A stretch of DNA of 64,000 bases from positions 134,974,001 to 135,038,000 of the forward strand of contig OX597817.1 in NCBI GenBank assembly GCA_951406725.2, in the 5' to 3' direction. The notes under the pieces were generated by a model. That model was not told the DNA's origin, ran no database searches, and was given only the letters and a program-made list of their open reading frames with translations. This document shows positions 1 to 13,749 of the stretch, piece by piece. Each line of letters begins with the position of its first letter. Position 1 is the stretch's first letter. Origin of the DNA: Octopus vulgaris (taxonomy: Eukaryota). The position numbers and the translations under genes are program-made.

Positions 1-858
1 TTAGAAGCAGAAGCAGAAATAGAAGAAGAAGAAGAAGAAAAAGAAGAAGAAGAAAAACAAAAACAACAAAAGCAACAAGTAGTGCTATAAAGAATGAGAA
101 AAAAACGAAATTTGGAAATACAAGAGAAAGAAGAAAAAAAGATAGGAAAAATACTTTCGGGGAAAATATTAGGAATGAAAATATAAAGGAATGAGAGAAT
201 TGAGGAGAGGAAGAAAGGAAAATTGTAAATAAAAGAGAGAGAAGTGCAAGAAAAGGTGCGAGAGAGTGAGAGATAAAGAGAGAGGGGGAGGGGAAAAGGG
301 AGAGGAGATATGAATACATTATAATAAAACTAAATGACTACGAAAGAAGAAAAAAGGTAGCGAAATACAGACATTGCCAGGTAATGTAACTGTCTGCACT
401 AAAGGCAAGAAAATGATAGGAAAGATGTGGAGAACAGCATCTGACTACAAGGTAGACATCGTGGGGGGGATGACGTCTAGAAAAATACAGAGTTTCATAA
501 TATGATGCCGGGATTCCGGAGGACAAACAAAGATTTTCGTATCGGGTTTTTGTCTCAAATATCAAAGGCTTCTCAACTTACTGTGCACCGCAGTGAATAT
601 GATTCTGTTCAGCTTGTGGTTAAATTACTCAGAGCTATAGTTCAAAATGCTGACTCACATACTCAGGCGATGCTACCTTTATTTATTTATTTATTTATTT
701 ATTTATTTGTTGGTTTGTTTGTTAGTTTAGTTTTTTATTTGTTTGTTTATTATCTATTCTCAATTCTGGCATACGTTAAACTGACAAACCCTTCCACAAA
801 AAAGACGTTAACAATCTTCTGGCAAAACACGCCCAGATTGTTCATTTTTGTGCAAATA

Positions 859-1535
859 TTGTATTGAGTCAAATCTTCTGCAATATTTTGGTAAGTTGTC
901 TGCCTTATTAGTCAAGTTGCATGAAAAGCAGCCTAGCTCCAGACTATTTGCTGAGTGTCGATCACTTCGATTCTTTCAAATTCCTGGAGTTTATTCTAAG
1001 TCGTTCGATCAGTATTATATCTTGCATTGTCTAGTTGCAGAAAGGCTCGCTCTCTATTCAACAATGCCAGGTATTTTGGCCGCACGATGGCATACATTCG
1101 CTGCAGTTGTTCGGAACACAGGTTGGTATCGATGGTTCGACCGTCCGGAACGAACTCGTTCTGAAATTATTTCCTCATTACTCCAGCTTTGGCGACAAGT
1201 TCCCGAAGCTGGTCCTTGCTTAACCACTGCTTATGCTCGTTAGGATTATGGAGAAATATCTCTCCCGGATTATTACTTGTTCCGATCACTGGTTCAATCC
1301 CTCTGCCTGCAACGCTTCATCAACCGTGAGAGGAGGTGGAAGCTTCAATGAAGGAGTTCTTTACCTCGAAGAACAAGAATTTGTATCAGTGTGGAATCAA
1401 AGAATTGGCAGAATGGTTGCATGGAACGGTGCAACACGATGGCCTCTACTTTGAATTCTAGACTGATTTAGTTCTAACTTGAAGAATAAAGCAAATCAGT
1501 TGCCAAAATATTGCAAAACTTTTGACTCAACACAA
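859..1535 (+). mobile_element. Internally deleted mariner-like DNA transposon
   Basis: Imperfect TIRs (ttgtattgagtcaaatcttctgcaatattttgg / ccaaaatattgcaaaacttttgactcaacacaa) flanked by TA. Frameshifted transposase C-terminus: PDYYLFRSL ... EEVEASMKEFFTSKNKNLYQCGIKELAEW...DGLYFEF*. Confidence 0.8.
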
Positions 1536-2653
1536 TATCTCTACGTGAGTGTATGGAGAAGAGAAACCAGCAGGCAAAAAGAGACTTACCAAACTCTCTA
1601 ATGTGTATTCTGCATTAATTCTATATAAGGAAATATTCCAAGTATTTCTCTAAAACAATTTGAAATACCTAGAGATAGCACTAATTTTTAACTTAATTTG
1701 GTTTTATTAGATCCGATACAATCAGCGGCGCGTATGCTCTCTAGTAGTGTAGACTTGGTAATTACTGAACACTTAACTCGCCATGCAGCAGATAATATCA
1801 TTCTTTATTTTAAAAATGTATTTAATCGATGTAACGTTTTATAAACAATACGAGAGAACAATCGTGGTTTTCAAAGCACACCACAGCAGGTAAAGACGAA
1901 CAAGGCCGAAATCGTAATGCATAAGGTTCTCGAACAGCTTGCTCCCGTCAGGTTAGATAACAGTAAATAGTTTTTCGAGCAGAGAGTACGGTTAGAAATA
2001 TTATAATAGAGGATATACACACATATCTATATATATACACTATCATACTCATATACAAAAACAGGCTGAAATATCGTACATTCTTCTTAGATCCAAGAAT
2101 TTCACTGAATTACTTAATTCCAGATCCAGAATTTCTAGCAGATGCAAGCACATGGACTGGTTTCTTTAGTTGAACTGGAGGTCTCCACTCACTCTGGATT
2201 GAATAGCTATCTTGCAGTCACTGACTTTCTTTTCTCTTATATTATTCTGCCCTGGATACATTAATTATGGTTTCTATGGCCAAAGTGGATGAAAATCTTC
2301 GTTTTCCCACTTTTCTTTTCTTTTCTTCTTATTCCACTTTTTGCATCAACCTCTTTCGCGCTTATTCCTCCTCGTTTTTCTTCATGTTTTCTCGTCAATC
2401 AGCGTCCTGGCTTTTAAATATATTTAACGATATGGATATTCACCGGATCTGAAAGGTTGCTTGAGGGCACATGGAACCTATGTTATAATTTTGTATGTGA
2501 GAGTAAGAGAGAGGAAAGTGGGATGAGAGGGAGGGAGTGAGGGAAAAGTTGAGGGAGAAGGAAGAGGAAGAATGAGAGAAAGAAGTAGAGAATGATACAC
2601 GCATGTATGCGCGCGCGCGTGGTGTCCCAAATTTAGAGAAGGGATATGATAAA

Positions 2654-2744
2654 ATCCAACTACATATATTTCCTAGCTAACAGAACCTCGTCTGTAGTAA
2701 TTACTCAATGAGAGGTACTCTACCAGCTATTCATCAGGCCGAAT
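2654..2744 (-). ncRNA. Type-I hammerhead ribozyme motif with extended helix II
   Basis: Minus strand: attcggc-CTGATGA-a-tagc[~48 nt]gcta-g-GAAA-tatatg-TA-gttggat. Helix I is 7 bp including G-U pairs; helix III is near-palindromic. Confidence 0.55.
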
Positions 2745-3019
2745 ATACCTTAGTTACATGAAAGTTAGATTGTCGTTAAGGGATCTCAAGTTAACTCGCG
2801 GAAGAGTTTTTTCAAAAATGAATGGAAAGCACGGAGTGAGAGAACAATAAAGAAAGGCATATGTGTGAAGAAATATCGGAGTGGGCAAATGTGGAAAGGT
2901 TGTTAAGAAAAAGAAAAAGAATGAAGAAAAGGAGAGGAGGAAGAGAAGGGGGAAAAATTTGGTAAGATTGAAACTGGCTCGGTTAAGGCTTTGTGAACAT
3001 AGGCAGGGGTCATGTATTA

Positions 3020-3480
3020 TGTTGGTGGTGGTGACGGTGGTGGTGCTGGTGGTGCTGCTGGTGGTGGTGCTGGTGGTGCTGGTGGTGCTGCTGGTGCTGG
3101 TGCTGGTGTTGGTGCTGGTGCTGGTGCTGGTGCTGGTGGTGGAGGTAGTGGTGGTGGAGGTAGTGGTGGTGGAGGTAGTGGTGGTGCTGGTGCTGGTGCT
3201 GGGGGTGCTGGTGGTGCTGGTGGTGCTGTTGGTGCTGGTGGTGGCGGCGGCGGCGGCGGCGGCGGTGGTGATGGTGGTGCTGGTGGTGATGGTGGTGCTG
3301 GTGGTGCTGGTGGTGCTGGTGCTGGTGGTGCTGGTGCTGGTGGTGGTGGTGCTGGTGGTGGTTCTGGTGGTGGTGCTGGTGCTGGTGCTGGTGCAGGTGG
3401 TTTGGTGGTGGTAGTTTGGTGGTGGTGGTGGTGGCGGTGGTTTGGTGGTGGTGGTGGTGGTGCTGGAGGTAGCTGCGGCT
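3020..3480. repeat. (GGT/GCT)n compound low-complexity repeat
   Basis: Direct inspection; it produces spurious Gly-, Pro- and Val-rich ORFs. Confidence 0.95.
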
Positions 3481-3619
3481 GTAGTGAGTGAATAGTGAAA
3501 AGTGTGTATTTCAACTGAGTTAAATTTTTATACAGCACCTTGATAACGCATGCGCGTAAGTGCAATTATTTATTGTCTGCTCTCTTGAAAAAGGATATTT
3601 GTTTATAACATATATTGAT

Positions 3620-4065
3620 AAAAGACGATTTAAGCTAACAAGAGACAGAATGAAGCGGCAGAGGCTGCGATGAGAAAGAGGAACAGGGGATCGGGTCATT
3701 AGAACAAACACGGAAGCAGCGGCGTAGAAGGGGAAACGTGATTCAAAGTGAATGCTGTGAGTATTTAAAACAGATAAGAGAACGTGTTCAAGATAGAATA
3801 GGAAATGAAAATAAGAAAGAACATGCAAAGAATTGTAAACATATGGCTGAAAGTTACAACATTGGAGACATGGATATTCTCTGTTATCATTGTGAAGCTC
3901 TTAGATGAAACTCTGAACTGCTGAGGAGACGGGAAATTCATGTTCCATCAATTACAGTCTTATCTAGAAGAACTAAGTCTTGTCTTAATGAAAATAATAC
4001 AGAATATACAATTTCAAACACTAATTATTATCCCTCGCGTTCAACCTGTGCCAACGTAGTTCTTA
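3620..4065 (+). mobile_element. Degenerate Helitron RepHel N-terminal remnant
   Basis: Charged R/E/Q-rich stretch followed by IGDMDILCYHCEALR*, which resembles the Helitron GxMxxxCxxCxAL zinc motif, then LQSYLEEL-like residues. Stops and frameshifts present. Confidence 0.45.
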
Positions 4066-4077
4066 GAGTATTTCGGT

Positions 4078-4645
4078 GTCTATTTCTAGCATGTGGCGCT
4101 ACTCATTAGTGACCTTATATAATTATTTATTTTGTACTGCTACCTATAGGGTTTATTACGTGCTGGCTACTTGATAAAATCTTATATAGATTTTATCTTT
4201 GATTATAAAGATAAATATACACCTCTTCATCCAATATATTTACTGCGGGATTAGTTTGGTCATTTTCGCGTGTGGGTGAGATGAACGAATTAGATTTAGC
4301 TTGTACTTAAGTGCGAACATTTGTATAAGCGCTTGTGGATACGTTGTGTTCGCATGGGTATGTATAAATATTTCTAATTATGTGCTTTGAGGTGTACCAT
4401 ACTGAAGACGGTAAAGGGAGTTACATCCCTAGAGTAGAAATCGATCTATGGTTAAACCATTAACAAAAATCTTTTTTGTTCATTTCCCTCGCTTTCAGCC
4501 CGTGCCATTTGGCGTCTATTTCTAGCATGTGGGGCTTCCCATTAGTGCCCTTACTATAATCATATCTATATAATTATATATTTTGTATCAGTTGTTACCT
4601 ATATGCTTTATTACGTGCTGGCTACTTGATAAAATCTTGTGTAGA
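4078..4645 (+). mobile_element. Terminally redundant non-coding element (~436 bp period) carrying a hammerhead
   Basis: A ~120-130 bp block (gtctatttctagcatgtgg...gtgctggctacttgataaaatctt) occurs at 4078 and 4514, with a hammerhead motif between the copies. Confidence 0.65.
4396..4452 (+). ncRNA. Minimal type-I hammerhead ribozyme motif
   Basis: accata-CTGAAGA-..aggga gttaca tccct..-GAAA-tcga-TC-tatggt. Helix I is 6 bp; helix III is the palindrome ATCGAT. Confidence 0.7.
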
Positions 4646-4761
4646 TCTATCCTATCCTTTTATACTGTCTGCATCATATCTAATTCCTTGTGTATCTCTC
4701 CCTTTCCTTCTTTTAAAGAAATGAACTCTACTAATTCCTTCCATTGAAGCTCTTTTAACTC

Positions 4762-4808
4762 GTCTCTGATGATGGGATATAATTATTTCCCTGAAACAGC
4801 TGAGAGAT
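4762..4808 (+). ncRNA. Degenerate hammerhead motif (cleavage triplet mutated)
   Basis: gtct-CTGATGA-t-ggga..tccc-t-GAAA-cagctg-AG-agat. The expected UH is replaced by AG. Confidence 0.55.
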
Positions 4809-4883
4809 CACCTTTCTATTTATAAATGCCCTAGGAATACCAAATTATCTTGGCATTGTTATCTTGTTTTATTTAACATATGT

Positions 4884-5331
<448 letters not shown>

Positions 5332-6843
5332 AGGTGTGGCACTATTTCACATTACTCCAGTCCACTCAGCAGGTAAAAAAATGTGTAGTACCTGAATTTC
5401 AAAGGAGCACCTTTTCCATTCTGTGTCGCACTGGATCTTCCTCAGACCTGCAAAAAGGGCCCACGTGTTTGTATAGTTCTCAGTTACTTGCAAGTTAATT
5501 TCAAGAGCAGGCTGTTTCGCTGATCGGATCAACTGGATCGATACGAATCGATAAAATGGATCGATAACATAAGTACCAGACTAAAAGATATACTAAGATC
5601 TTTCAAGCAATAATAACCCCAGCATGGGCTGAGTTAATTACTGCAAACTATTGGAAAGAGTATATATTCTTCGTAAATTCCGGGATTTTTACTTGCAAAA
5701 GCAATTCACAGAATATTTCTTCTTAAGTTTTACTCGTTTCAGTTCCTGGACTGCGATCATGTTGGGATACCATTTTCAAGGGTTTTAGTTGATCCTAGTA
5801 TTTATCTTTAAGTACACCGACACAAAAGTAGTTCTCAGACAGGCACAGAACAAACATTGGAACGATGGGGAAGCCAGTAAATCATTGAAAAGCGCACCAG
5901 CAGCCGCGAAAGAAAAAAATTTGACCAACAAAAAAAAAACGATTGTAGTAAAGATTACTTGCCAATATAACATGGCAGTTCCCGTTCGAAAAATATAGTT
6001 TTCAAAGTGACAACTAGTCACTGATCTATAAATTAGAAAATTACTATAATAGGACGAATGTTGCTGTAATTTAGACCCAGGAGACATCATCTCCAGCTGG
6101 CTATACGACACGATCTGTGTCCTTACATTTTCTAACAAGGGAATCTAACACTCACTCAGCTCAAAAGAATATCTGTGTATCGTGATTTCATCATAAACCA
6201 GGACTGCCATGTTATGTTGACAAACAATCATTACTCCAAAGACCTGTTGCTGAATATCTCTCGTTGTGAGATTTAAAAATAGTAATTTTCTAAAAGACCG
6301 ATTGTTTAACCAAGGCATAAAACAAACCACCGACTAGTTACTTGCTTAGATATTTAACCAAATGACTAACAATAAAGAAGTGGGATTCAATCTGTGTGTG
6401 TATTCTTATTATTATTGGCGTAATGACTCTCCCAAGACCCAACAAAACTTTTATGTCAGCAATTATTGTGGCGTTTAGTATTTCACTTATTCTCTCTTTT
6501 CTGTCATGTGACATGATCAAAGGAGGAAAGCTTTTAGGTGACTTTCCAACCCGATTGCCATATGAGCTTCATAAATCTACGTTGTGCATATCAATGGATA
6601 ACTTTCTGAGCAACATTCCTACTTTCAGACAAACTATTTCCATAATAACGGCCAGAACAGACGTAATTCACATCACAGCTCTATAAACTATACACTTTTG
6701 AAAATATAATGTGAAACCGGTCAAGTGTATTCCTATATTTTAAAATATAATAAAATTCTAATTAATTCTAATATAATCTCAGTTAATTTTAAAATCCATT
6801 TCTTTCACTTGTTTGGATTAATAAAAACTTATACGTATATATA

Positions 6844-7836
6844 TAATTAGAAAATGGAGAAAAGCATAGATATTAAGCAGCACATCGACAGGACTACATT
6901 TTAAAACATAATTTTTGATACAATGCAAGACACTACAAATCTAACAGCTGTTTCTGATCAAAATACCAGAATCCATCTATGCATAAATGCGAGAATAAAA
7001 TTCTTCATCTTCATAGGACATTCGAATTAAGGCAACAGATCTTCATCAGAGTAAAAAACAAGAGCATACAATATAAACGAAGGGAAGAAGGAAAAGGAAA
7101 GAAAACATGGCCTAGACAAAAAGTCTAAAAGCCCAATATGTTAAGTGCACATAGTTATTTACCATGAGGGCTCAAAGAGCATAGATGAGAGAGTGAGCTA
7201 TGAAAGGACTAGGGAATACTACAAATTATTAACGGGAGGGTGCAGTTAGGAGTGGGGCTTAAAAAAAGAAGTTGTCAAGAAGCTCTGTGTAAAGAAAAGA
7301 AAATATTGACATTAATATCAAAGTCAAACCTATGTTGACGGAGAAAATTTAAGTAAAGGTAAACAAATTAACGTAGGTTACTGAAGTAAGAATTTACTCA
7401 CAGGAAAATAATACCAAGAACCTCCCCTATGGTCCACAATGGGGTAAGTCTCAGTCCAGCGGTCTCTACATTGATCAGTAACAATTTAAACACGTCACCT
7501 GTTAAAACCGTTACAAAGGATTTGTGCATAAATAAACTATAAAAAGAAAAGAGGGGAAAAGGTAAGAGAGATAAAACAATGAGTAGAATTTAAGGACCAC
7601 TTATGTCCTTCAGCATCTTAACGGTATAACATATGAGATAAAGATATGTTGCCTTAATCCGAACGCTCTATGAAGGTGAAGAATTTTATTCTCGCATCTA
7701 TGCATAGACTGGATTCTGGTATTCGGATCAGAAACAGCTGTTAGATTTGTATTGCCTTGCATTGAATCAATAAACATTCTTTAAAATGTCGTCCTATCGA
7801 AGCGCTGGTTAATCTTTTGTCTCCATTTTCTAGTTA
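6844..7836. mobile_element. PLE-like remnant bounded by ~200 bp inverted repeats
   Basis: 6844-7043 is a diverged reverse complement of 7641-7836. Both arms have gatcaGAAAcagctgTTaga; the left arm (minus) also keeps CTGATGA at 7043-7049. Confidence 0.7.
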
Positions 7837-8045
7837 TTTACATTCGTTCCTGATAAAACTTTGTTTATGCTGTTGTTACCTGCGCTCGGCGTATATGGTG
7901 CCCCTGCACACCATTGCCTGGGGTTAATACAGGTGACGGATACTGATAGTATATACAGATATTTTATCCCTTAATCGGTTACTATAATCGCTAACTCTCT
8001 CTCACTCTCTCTCTCTATATATATGTATATATATATACACACACA

Positions 8046-8120
<75 letters not shown>

Positions 8121-8637
8121 TGTATGTATGTACATTTATATATATATATATGCATACATACATACGTGCATCTATAGTCTATTTATCTAATCTTCTATAT
8201 ATATATATATATACACATCTGTATGTATGTATGTATGTATGTATGTATGTATGTATGTGTGTACGTATTATGTAATACATCATAAGTAAGAATGGAGAAT
8301 TATTACAATATTTAATCTGACACGTGTTTCTATTGTATAAGTGTCCTAATGTCTCTTGCAATAGAAACAAGTGTCGGATTGAAATATAATAAACAAGCTT
8401 TGAAAACGTTTAATTCACCATTCTGCTTTATGCTGTCCTGAATATATAATCTGTATGATGCATGAAATCCAGTGAATGGAACTCAGGATTTAGCTATCGA
8501 GTGAAGCACGATGTAATTGTTTTATGTTAAACAATTCTGTATGCTTCCTATGATTTGATGTGGTTAGCCAGAAGCTGAATTATATCAACGTGTTAAAATG
8601 GTACTTGCTTGGATTCCAAATCCCTATTCCTTTATAT

Positions 8638-8689
<52 letters not shown>

Positions 8690-8691
<2 letters not shown>

Positions 8692-8820
8692 ATTGTTATC
8701 GCCATATTAATATGGCATTCTTATAGCTATCTTGACCGCGGTGGCCTCATGGAGCTGACCAGCGGCAGCGATTATTCTTATATCTATAAGAATGCCATAT
8801 TAATATGGCGATAACAATTA
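8690..8820. repeat. Perfect 37-bp inverted repeat next to (TA)n
   Basis: taattgttatcgccatattaatatggcattcttatag (8690-8726) pairs with 8784-8820. Confidence 0.9.
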
Positions 8821-8883
8821 AATTCCAGTAAACGCTGCCGTAATCTCTTTTATAGAGACTTAGTAATTTTAATATTTCTATTA

Positions 8884-8917
<34 letters not shown>

Positions 8918-9280
8918 AAGGGCAAGCAACAGTTTGCTTAGCCACATACTTAAAAATTAGAAATAGCAGTCAAAGACTGCTTATTTCTATTTTCTCCAAA
9001 TATAACTCCACATACAACATATACATGTGACTCACATATGTAAAACAGAAGGAAAAAATAACGAAAACAAAGTCTTTGGTTAGTTACGGACGCGTTTCTG
9101 GATTAGAATTATAAATTCATTTCCTTCAAATAATTGTTGGTTTTAAAATTAATAATAATTATTTATATATATATATATATAATTCTTTCCTTGTAAATCT
9201 GTGGTCGAACACCAACTAAATTCGATGTATTAATGACAAAGTGTATTTGAAACTATTTCATGAATCTTCGTTCTTTCTCT

Positions 9281-9321
<41 letters not shown>

Positions 9322-9428
9322 TGCGCGCGTGTTGTAGCGTAATACCTTTTAAAAATTACGTCCAAGTATTATGAATGCATCTCGTCTCTCCAATCTTTCT
9401 CTAACATTAAATCTCTATTTCTCTCATT

Positions 9429-9429
<1 letters not shown>

Positions 9430-9478
<49 letters not shown>

Positions 9479-9648
9479 TCACTTTCTATCGATCACTCTT
9501 TCTATATGTCGATCTATTTTGTTTTTTGTCAATTTATCTATCTAATATTAATCTGTCTCTCTATCTCTATCTCTCTGTCAATCGATCTATATATGTATAT
9601 ATGTATGTATGTATGAATGTAACTATCTATCTATCTATCTATTTATTC

Positions 9649-9717
<69 letters not shown>

Positions 9718-9813
9718 CCTGTCTGTCTATTTATCTATCTATCTATCTATCTATCTAACTATCTATCTATCTATCTATCTATCGGTGTCTTTATCTCTCT
9801 TTCGACCTATCTG

Positions 9814-9896
<83 letters not shown>

Positions 9897-9935
9897 GTTT
9901 CTTTATCTATCTTTCGACCTATCTGTCTATCTTTA
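9430..9935. repeat. (TC)n and (TCTA)n microsatellites
   Basis: Direct inspection. Confidence 0.95.
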
Positions 9936-10249
9936 TCTTCTCTTCATTTCTTCCCGCTCAGTTTTGCCTATTTTTTTCACTGTACCCCTATTAAGGATTC
10001 CATCTTCCCATTGTAAGAATCCTAGCTGCCATACCTTACCCCCAATTAGCAATCCCCCACTCCGCTCGCAAGCACTCCACCACCAGTACCGCCCCTTCAC
10101 AACCACCAAGCACTCCACTACACCCAATGCTTTAAAATATTGAGGCAGCAATTTCCACTTGAGATAACGCTAATGAAAATGAAGTGTTCTTCGTCTAACT
10201 TGTACTTTCTTATTTTTTATGGAGTTATCTATTTTTTTTTTTTCGTTTT

Positions 10250-10329
10250 CTCTTTCTCTTTCTTCCATTTCGTCATCGTCGCCATTATCATCGTCAACGC
10301 CATTATCAGAAACGTCATCGTTGTCGACG

Positions 10330-10363
<34 letters not shown>

Positions 10364-11070
10364 TATCTCCTTCTTCTGCTCCTGCCCCTCCTTCTCCGCC
10401 TCCGTTTTCTTCTCCTCTTCCTCCCCTTCTTTCTATTCTTCTTCTTCTTCTTCTTCTTCTTCTTCTTCTTCTTCTTCTTCTTCTTCTTCTTCATCATCAT
10501 CATCATTTATTTCTCTTCTGCATCATCACCACCAGTAGCAGCGGCTGCAGAACCTTCATCATAATCATTATTATCATCATTATCTTCTTCTCCTCTTCCT
10601 CCTCCTTCTTTCTATTCTTCTCCTCCTCCTCCTCCTTCTCTTCCTTCTTCCTTTTCTTCTCTTCCTTCTTCTTCTTCATTTATTTCTCTTCTGCATCTTC
10701 ACCACCAGTGGCAGCGTCTGCAGAACCTTCATTACCATTATCATCTTCAACATCACCACTATCATCCTCATCATCATCATTTTCTTCCCATTCTTCTTTC
10801 TCCTCCTCCATTTCCTCCTCTTCTCGACCCTCACCCCTTTCCCCACCTTCTTCCTCTTTAACCATTTCTCACTTTTTTGTATTGTTTTGCCTTTTATTTT
10901 TTTTCCTTTTATTTTACATTTTCCTTTAGCAACTCCTTGAATGAATTTATTGTGGCTGATGGCGGGCCAAGGTGTTGTCGTCGCCACCACCATCAACATT
11001 GTTGTTGGCATTGATGCTGCTGCTGCTGCTACTGCTGCTGCTGCTACTGCTGCTGTAGTTGTTGTTTTTA
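10250..11070. repeat. Trinucleotide low-complexity region (TCA/TCT/TCC/GCT) with ~50 bp internal duplication
   Basis: tttctcttctgcatc..caccaccagt.gcagcg.ctgcagaaccttcat occurs at about 10510 and 10683. Confidence 0.9.
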
Positions 11071-11514
11071 TGTCTTTTCTGTTTGTTTCTTTCACTCGAG
11101 GTTTTTTTCTCTTTTTCCATTGTTTTAAACTTCGCATTTGTTTTCTTTTACATTTCTTTATTTATTTTCCTCTATTATTATTTTTTCATTCATTTAGAAA
11201 TTTGTTTTTTTTTTATTGATCGATAATCGATTTGTAGTTGAGGGTGTTTATTAATCGCAACGGAAGCCAAAAACAATAAAAAGCAAAACAATGAATGGCT
11301 TTACTCGTCGATTCAGTAGTGGGAGTCACACAAACGTGTATGATCTTCGCTTGATGTACCCCATGATAAACTTTGGTTCACACAACACACCAACTCCAGG
11401 TCTGGCTTTGATGGTATTCTGTTCAATCTGTTCAAAATGAATCTGTTAATGATGTACCTCAAGATTACACGATTGCTACATGGTGGTTGTCCTAATTCTA
11501 CCTGGATTGCTTCC

Positions 11515-12200
11515 AGGTGTGGGCGTAGCTGTGTGATGAGAAGGCGTAAGCGTGACTGTGCTTTGCAACAACATGTTTCCGGGTTCAGTCCTACTGCGTG
11601 GCACCTTAGGCAAGAATCTTCTGCTATAGCCTCGGGCCGACCAAAGCCTTGTGAGTGGATTTGGTAGACAGAAACTGGAAGATGACTTTGGTTGATAAGA
11701 GACAGCAAGTGGAACTTTTTTGGAGGTGAAGACTAGCTCAGTCCTCACTGCCCCCCTCCCCCACACACACATACACACAGGTGAGTCGCACAGGCTAAGG
11801 ATCGAAACGCTTGTGATACTGAGATACCAGCTGATGATACGGAAGGGTTTTCAGTATTTCAATGGATTTAGAACTTGCAAAACCTCTGAATATCCCCTGC
11901 AGTTCCTGCACGGGGCAAAGTATTTCTATTCATTCCACCTGTGTGTGTATGTGTGTGTGTGCGTGTGTGTGTGCGTGTGTGTGTGTATTTGTGCCTTCAT
12001 TTTTATGTTTGATCCCTACAACGCTTGACAACCGGAGCTGGTGTATTTACGCTCCTGAAACTTAGCGGTTCGATAAAACAGATTGATAGAATAAGTACCA
12101 GGCTAAATAAGCATGTGTATTGGGGTCGATTTATTCAACTAAAAATTCTTCAAAGTAGTGCCCCAGCATGGCCACAGTCTAACAGGTGAAGCAAAACAAA
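11515..12200 (+). mobile_element. tRNA-derived SINE family A (CORE-like, internal microsatellite), interrupted
   Basis: Head ...gggttcagtcctactgcgtggcaccttaggcaag...gagtggatttggtagac and tail cttgacaaccgg...gataagtacc...gccccagcatggcc, both matching the copy at 29205-29600. Confidence 0.75.
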
Positions 12201-12364
12201 AAGAAAAAAAATTCAAGAAAATCCTCTGCAAAATACAGTAACACAAAATTCTTGATTTTGTCAGTCGCGTTCTTTGTTGTTTGCGACTCTTTAATTCTTC
12301 TTTCTGTTGGTTATGGACTCTCACACACACACACCAGAACCGACACATGCACACACAGGTTGTT

Positions 12365-12595
12365 TATGGTGGTGGTGGTGGTGTTGATGGTGGTGGTGGT
12401 GGTGACGATGATGATGATGATGGTGATGGTGATGATGGTGATGGTGATGATGATGATGATTATGATGATGAACATGATGATGAACATGATGATGATGATG
12501 ATGATGTTGATGATGATGATAATGATGATGATGATGATGATGATGATAATGATGATGGTGATGGTGGTGGTGATAATGGTGATGATGGTGCTGGT
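12365..12595. repeat. (GAT/GGT)n repeat
   Basis: Direct inspection. Confidence 0.95.
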
Positions 12596-12794
12596 GTACA
12601 GGTTAGCAGGTTTTTGTAAAATTGCAGATAAAATCCGAAGAGACATCTGAAGAATTTGCCCAAATACACTGTTGACAGTTATGAGAGAACACAACGAAAA
12701 TCTGCCGCAACCGATGTAAAAGGTTTCTGTTATGCACACTTACATGGACACAGACACGCACACACGTGTTTATATTTATGCCACACACGCATGC

Positions 12795-12888
12795 TGTGTG
12801 TATATATGTGTGTGCGTGTGCATGTGTGTGTGTGTACATATATATGTGTATATATAAATTTATATATCTTTACACATATATGTACATA

Positions 12889-12968
<80 letters not shown>

Positions 12969-13178
12969 CACATATATGTACATATATATGTATATATATA
13001 TATACATATACATATATATATACATATATATATATATATACATACACATATAAACACACCACATATGCAATATGTTTATATATTCTTATTTACATACACA
13101 AGTGCATTCACACATAAACATATGCATACTTACATACGCACACACACATACATGCTTTAACACATACATACACACCAA

Positions 13179-13218
<40 letters not shown>

Positions 13219-13222
13219 TATA
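12795..13222. repeat. (TA)n/(CA)n compound microsatellite
   Basis: Direct inspection. Confidence 0.95.
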
Positions 13223-13749
13223 TTGGTATTTTACATTTGTAATCTTGTGTTGCTATTATTTTCATTGTCTTTTGTTTGTTTATATGTTTGTTTTCACCAT
13301 ATTCTTTCCTTTTACCCTGATGCACATCTTCATCCTCATCATCGTCGTCGTCGTCATCATCATCTTCAACAACAGCAATTTCACGATAAATTTTATTCAG
13401 AATATTTTTTCTTGTGAATCAGTAATTTTGAAGTTCAAGTCTTGCCGGGGTCATTTAGGGAATCGATAAGGTGAATTATAAAATCTTCAAAAATGCCATT
13501 TTTATCCTTTAAAGTGGAAGCGGAGAAAAGAAAACCACTTCAAGCAAATTCCTCGCCTCTGTTTGCATTAAGTCTACAAAACATGACACAGAATTAAACA
13601 TACATTTGTTATTAAAAAAGATCGACAAATCCAAGCGAAAGCTGCAGGCGAACACGTGTTGTCAGGGCAACATACAGCAACAACAGCAACAACAACAACA
13701 ACAAATGCAGCAGCAGCAGTAACAATAACAACAACACTACAAATAATAA

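Noticed and set aside
2881-3565. Long Gly-, Pro- and Val-rich ORFs (formin- or collagen-like appearance)
   Set aside because: They are open in several frames on both strands because of a GGT/GCT repeat. There is no unique flanking coding sequence or splice context.
9082-9135. Hammerhead 3' half (GAAA-cgcg-TC) on the minus strand
   Set aside because: The 5' core and helices I and II cannot be reconstructed convincingly.
11795-11860. GAAAC followed by CTGATGA (possible permuted hammerhead)
   Set aside because: No consistent helices.
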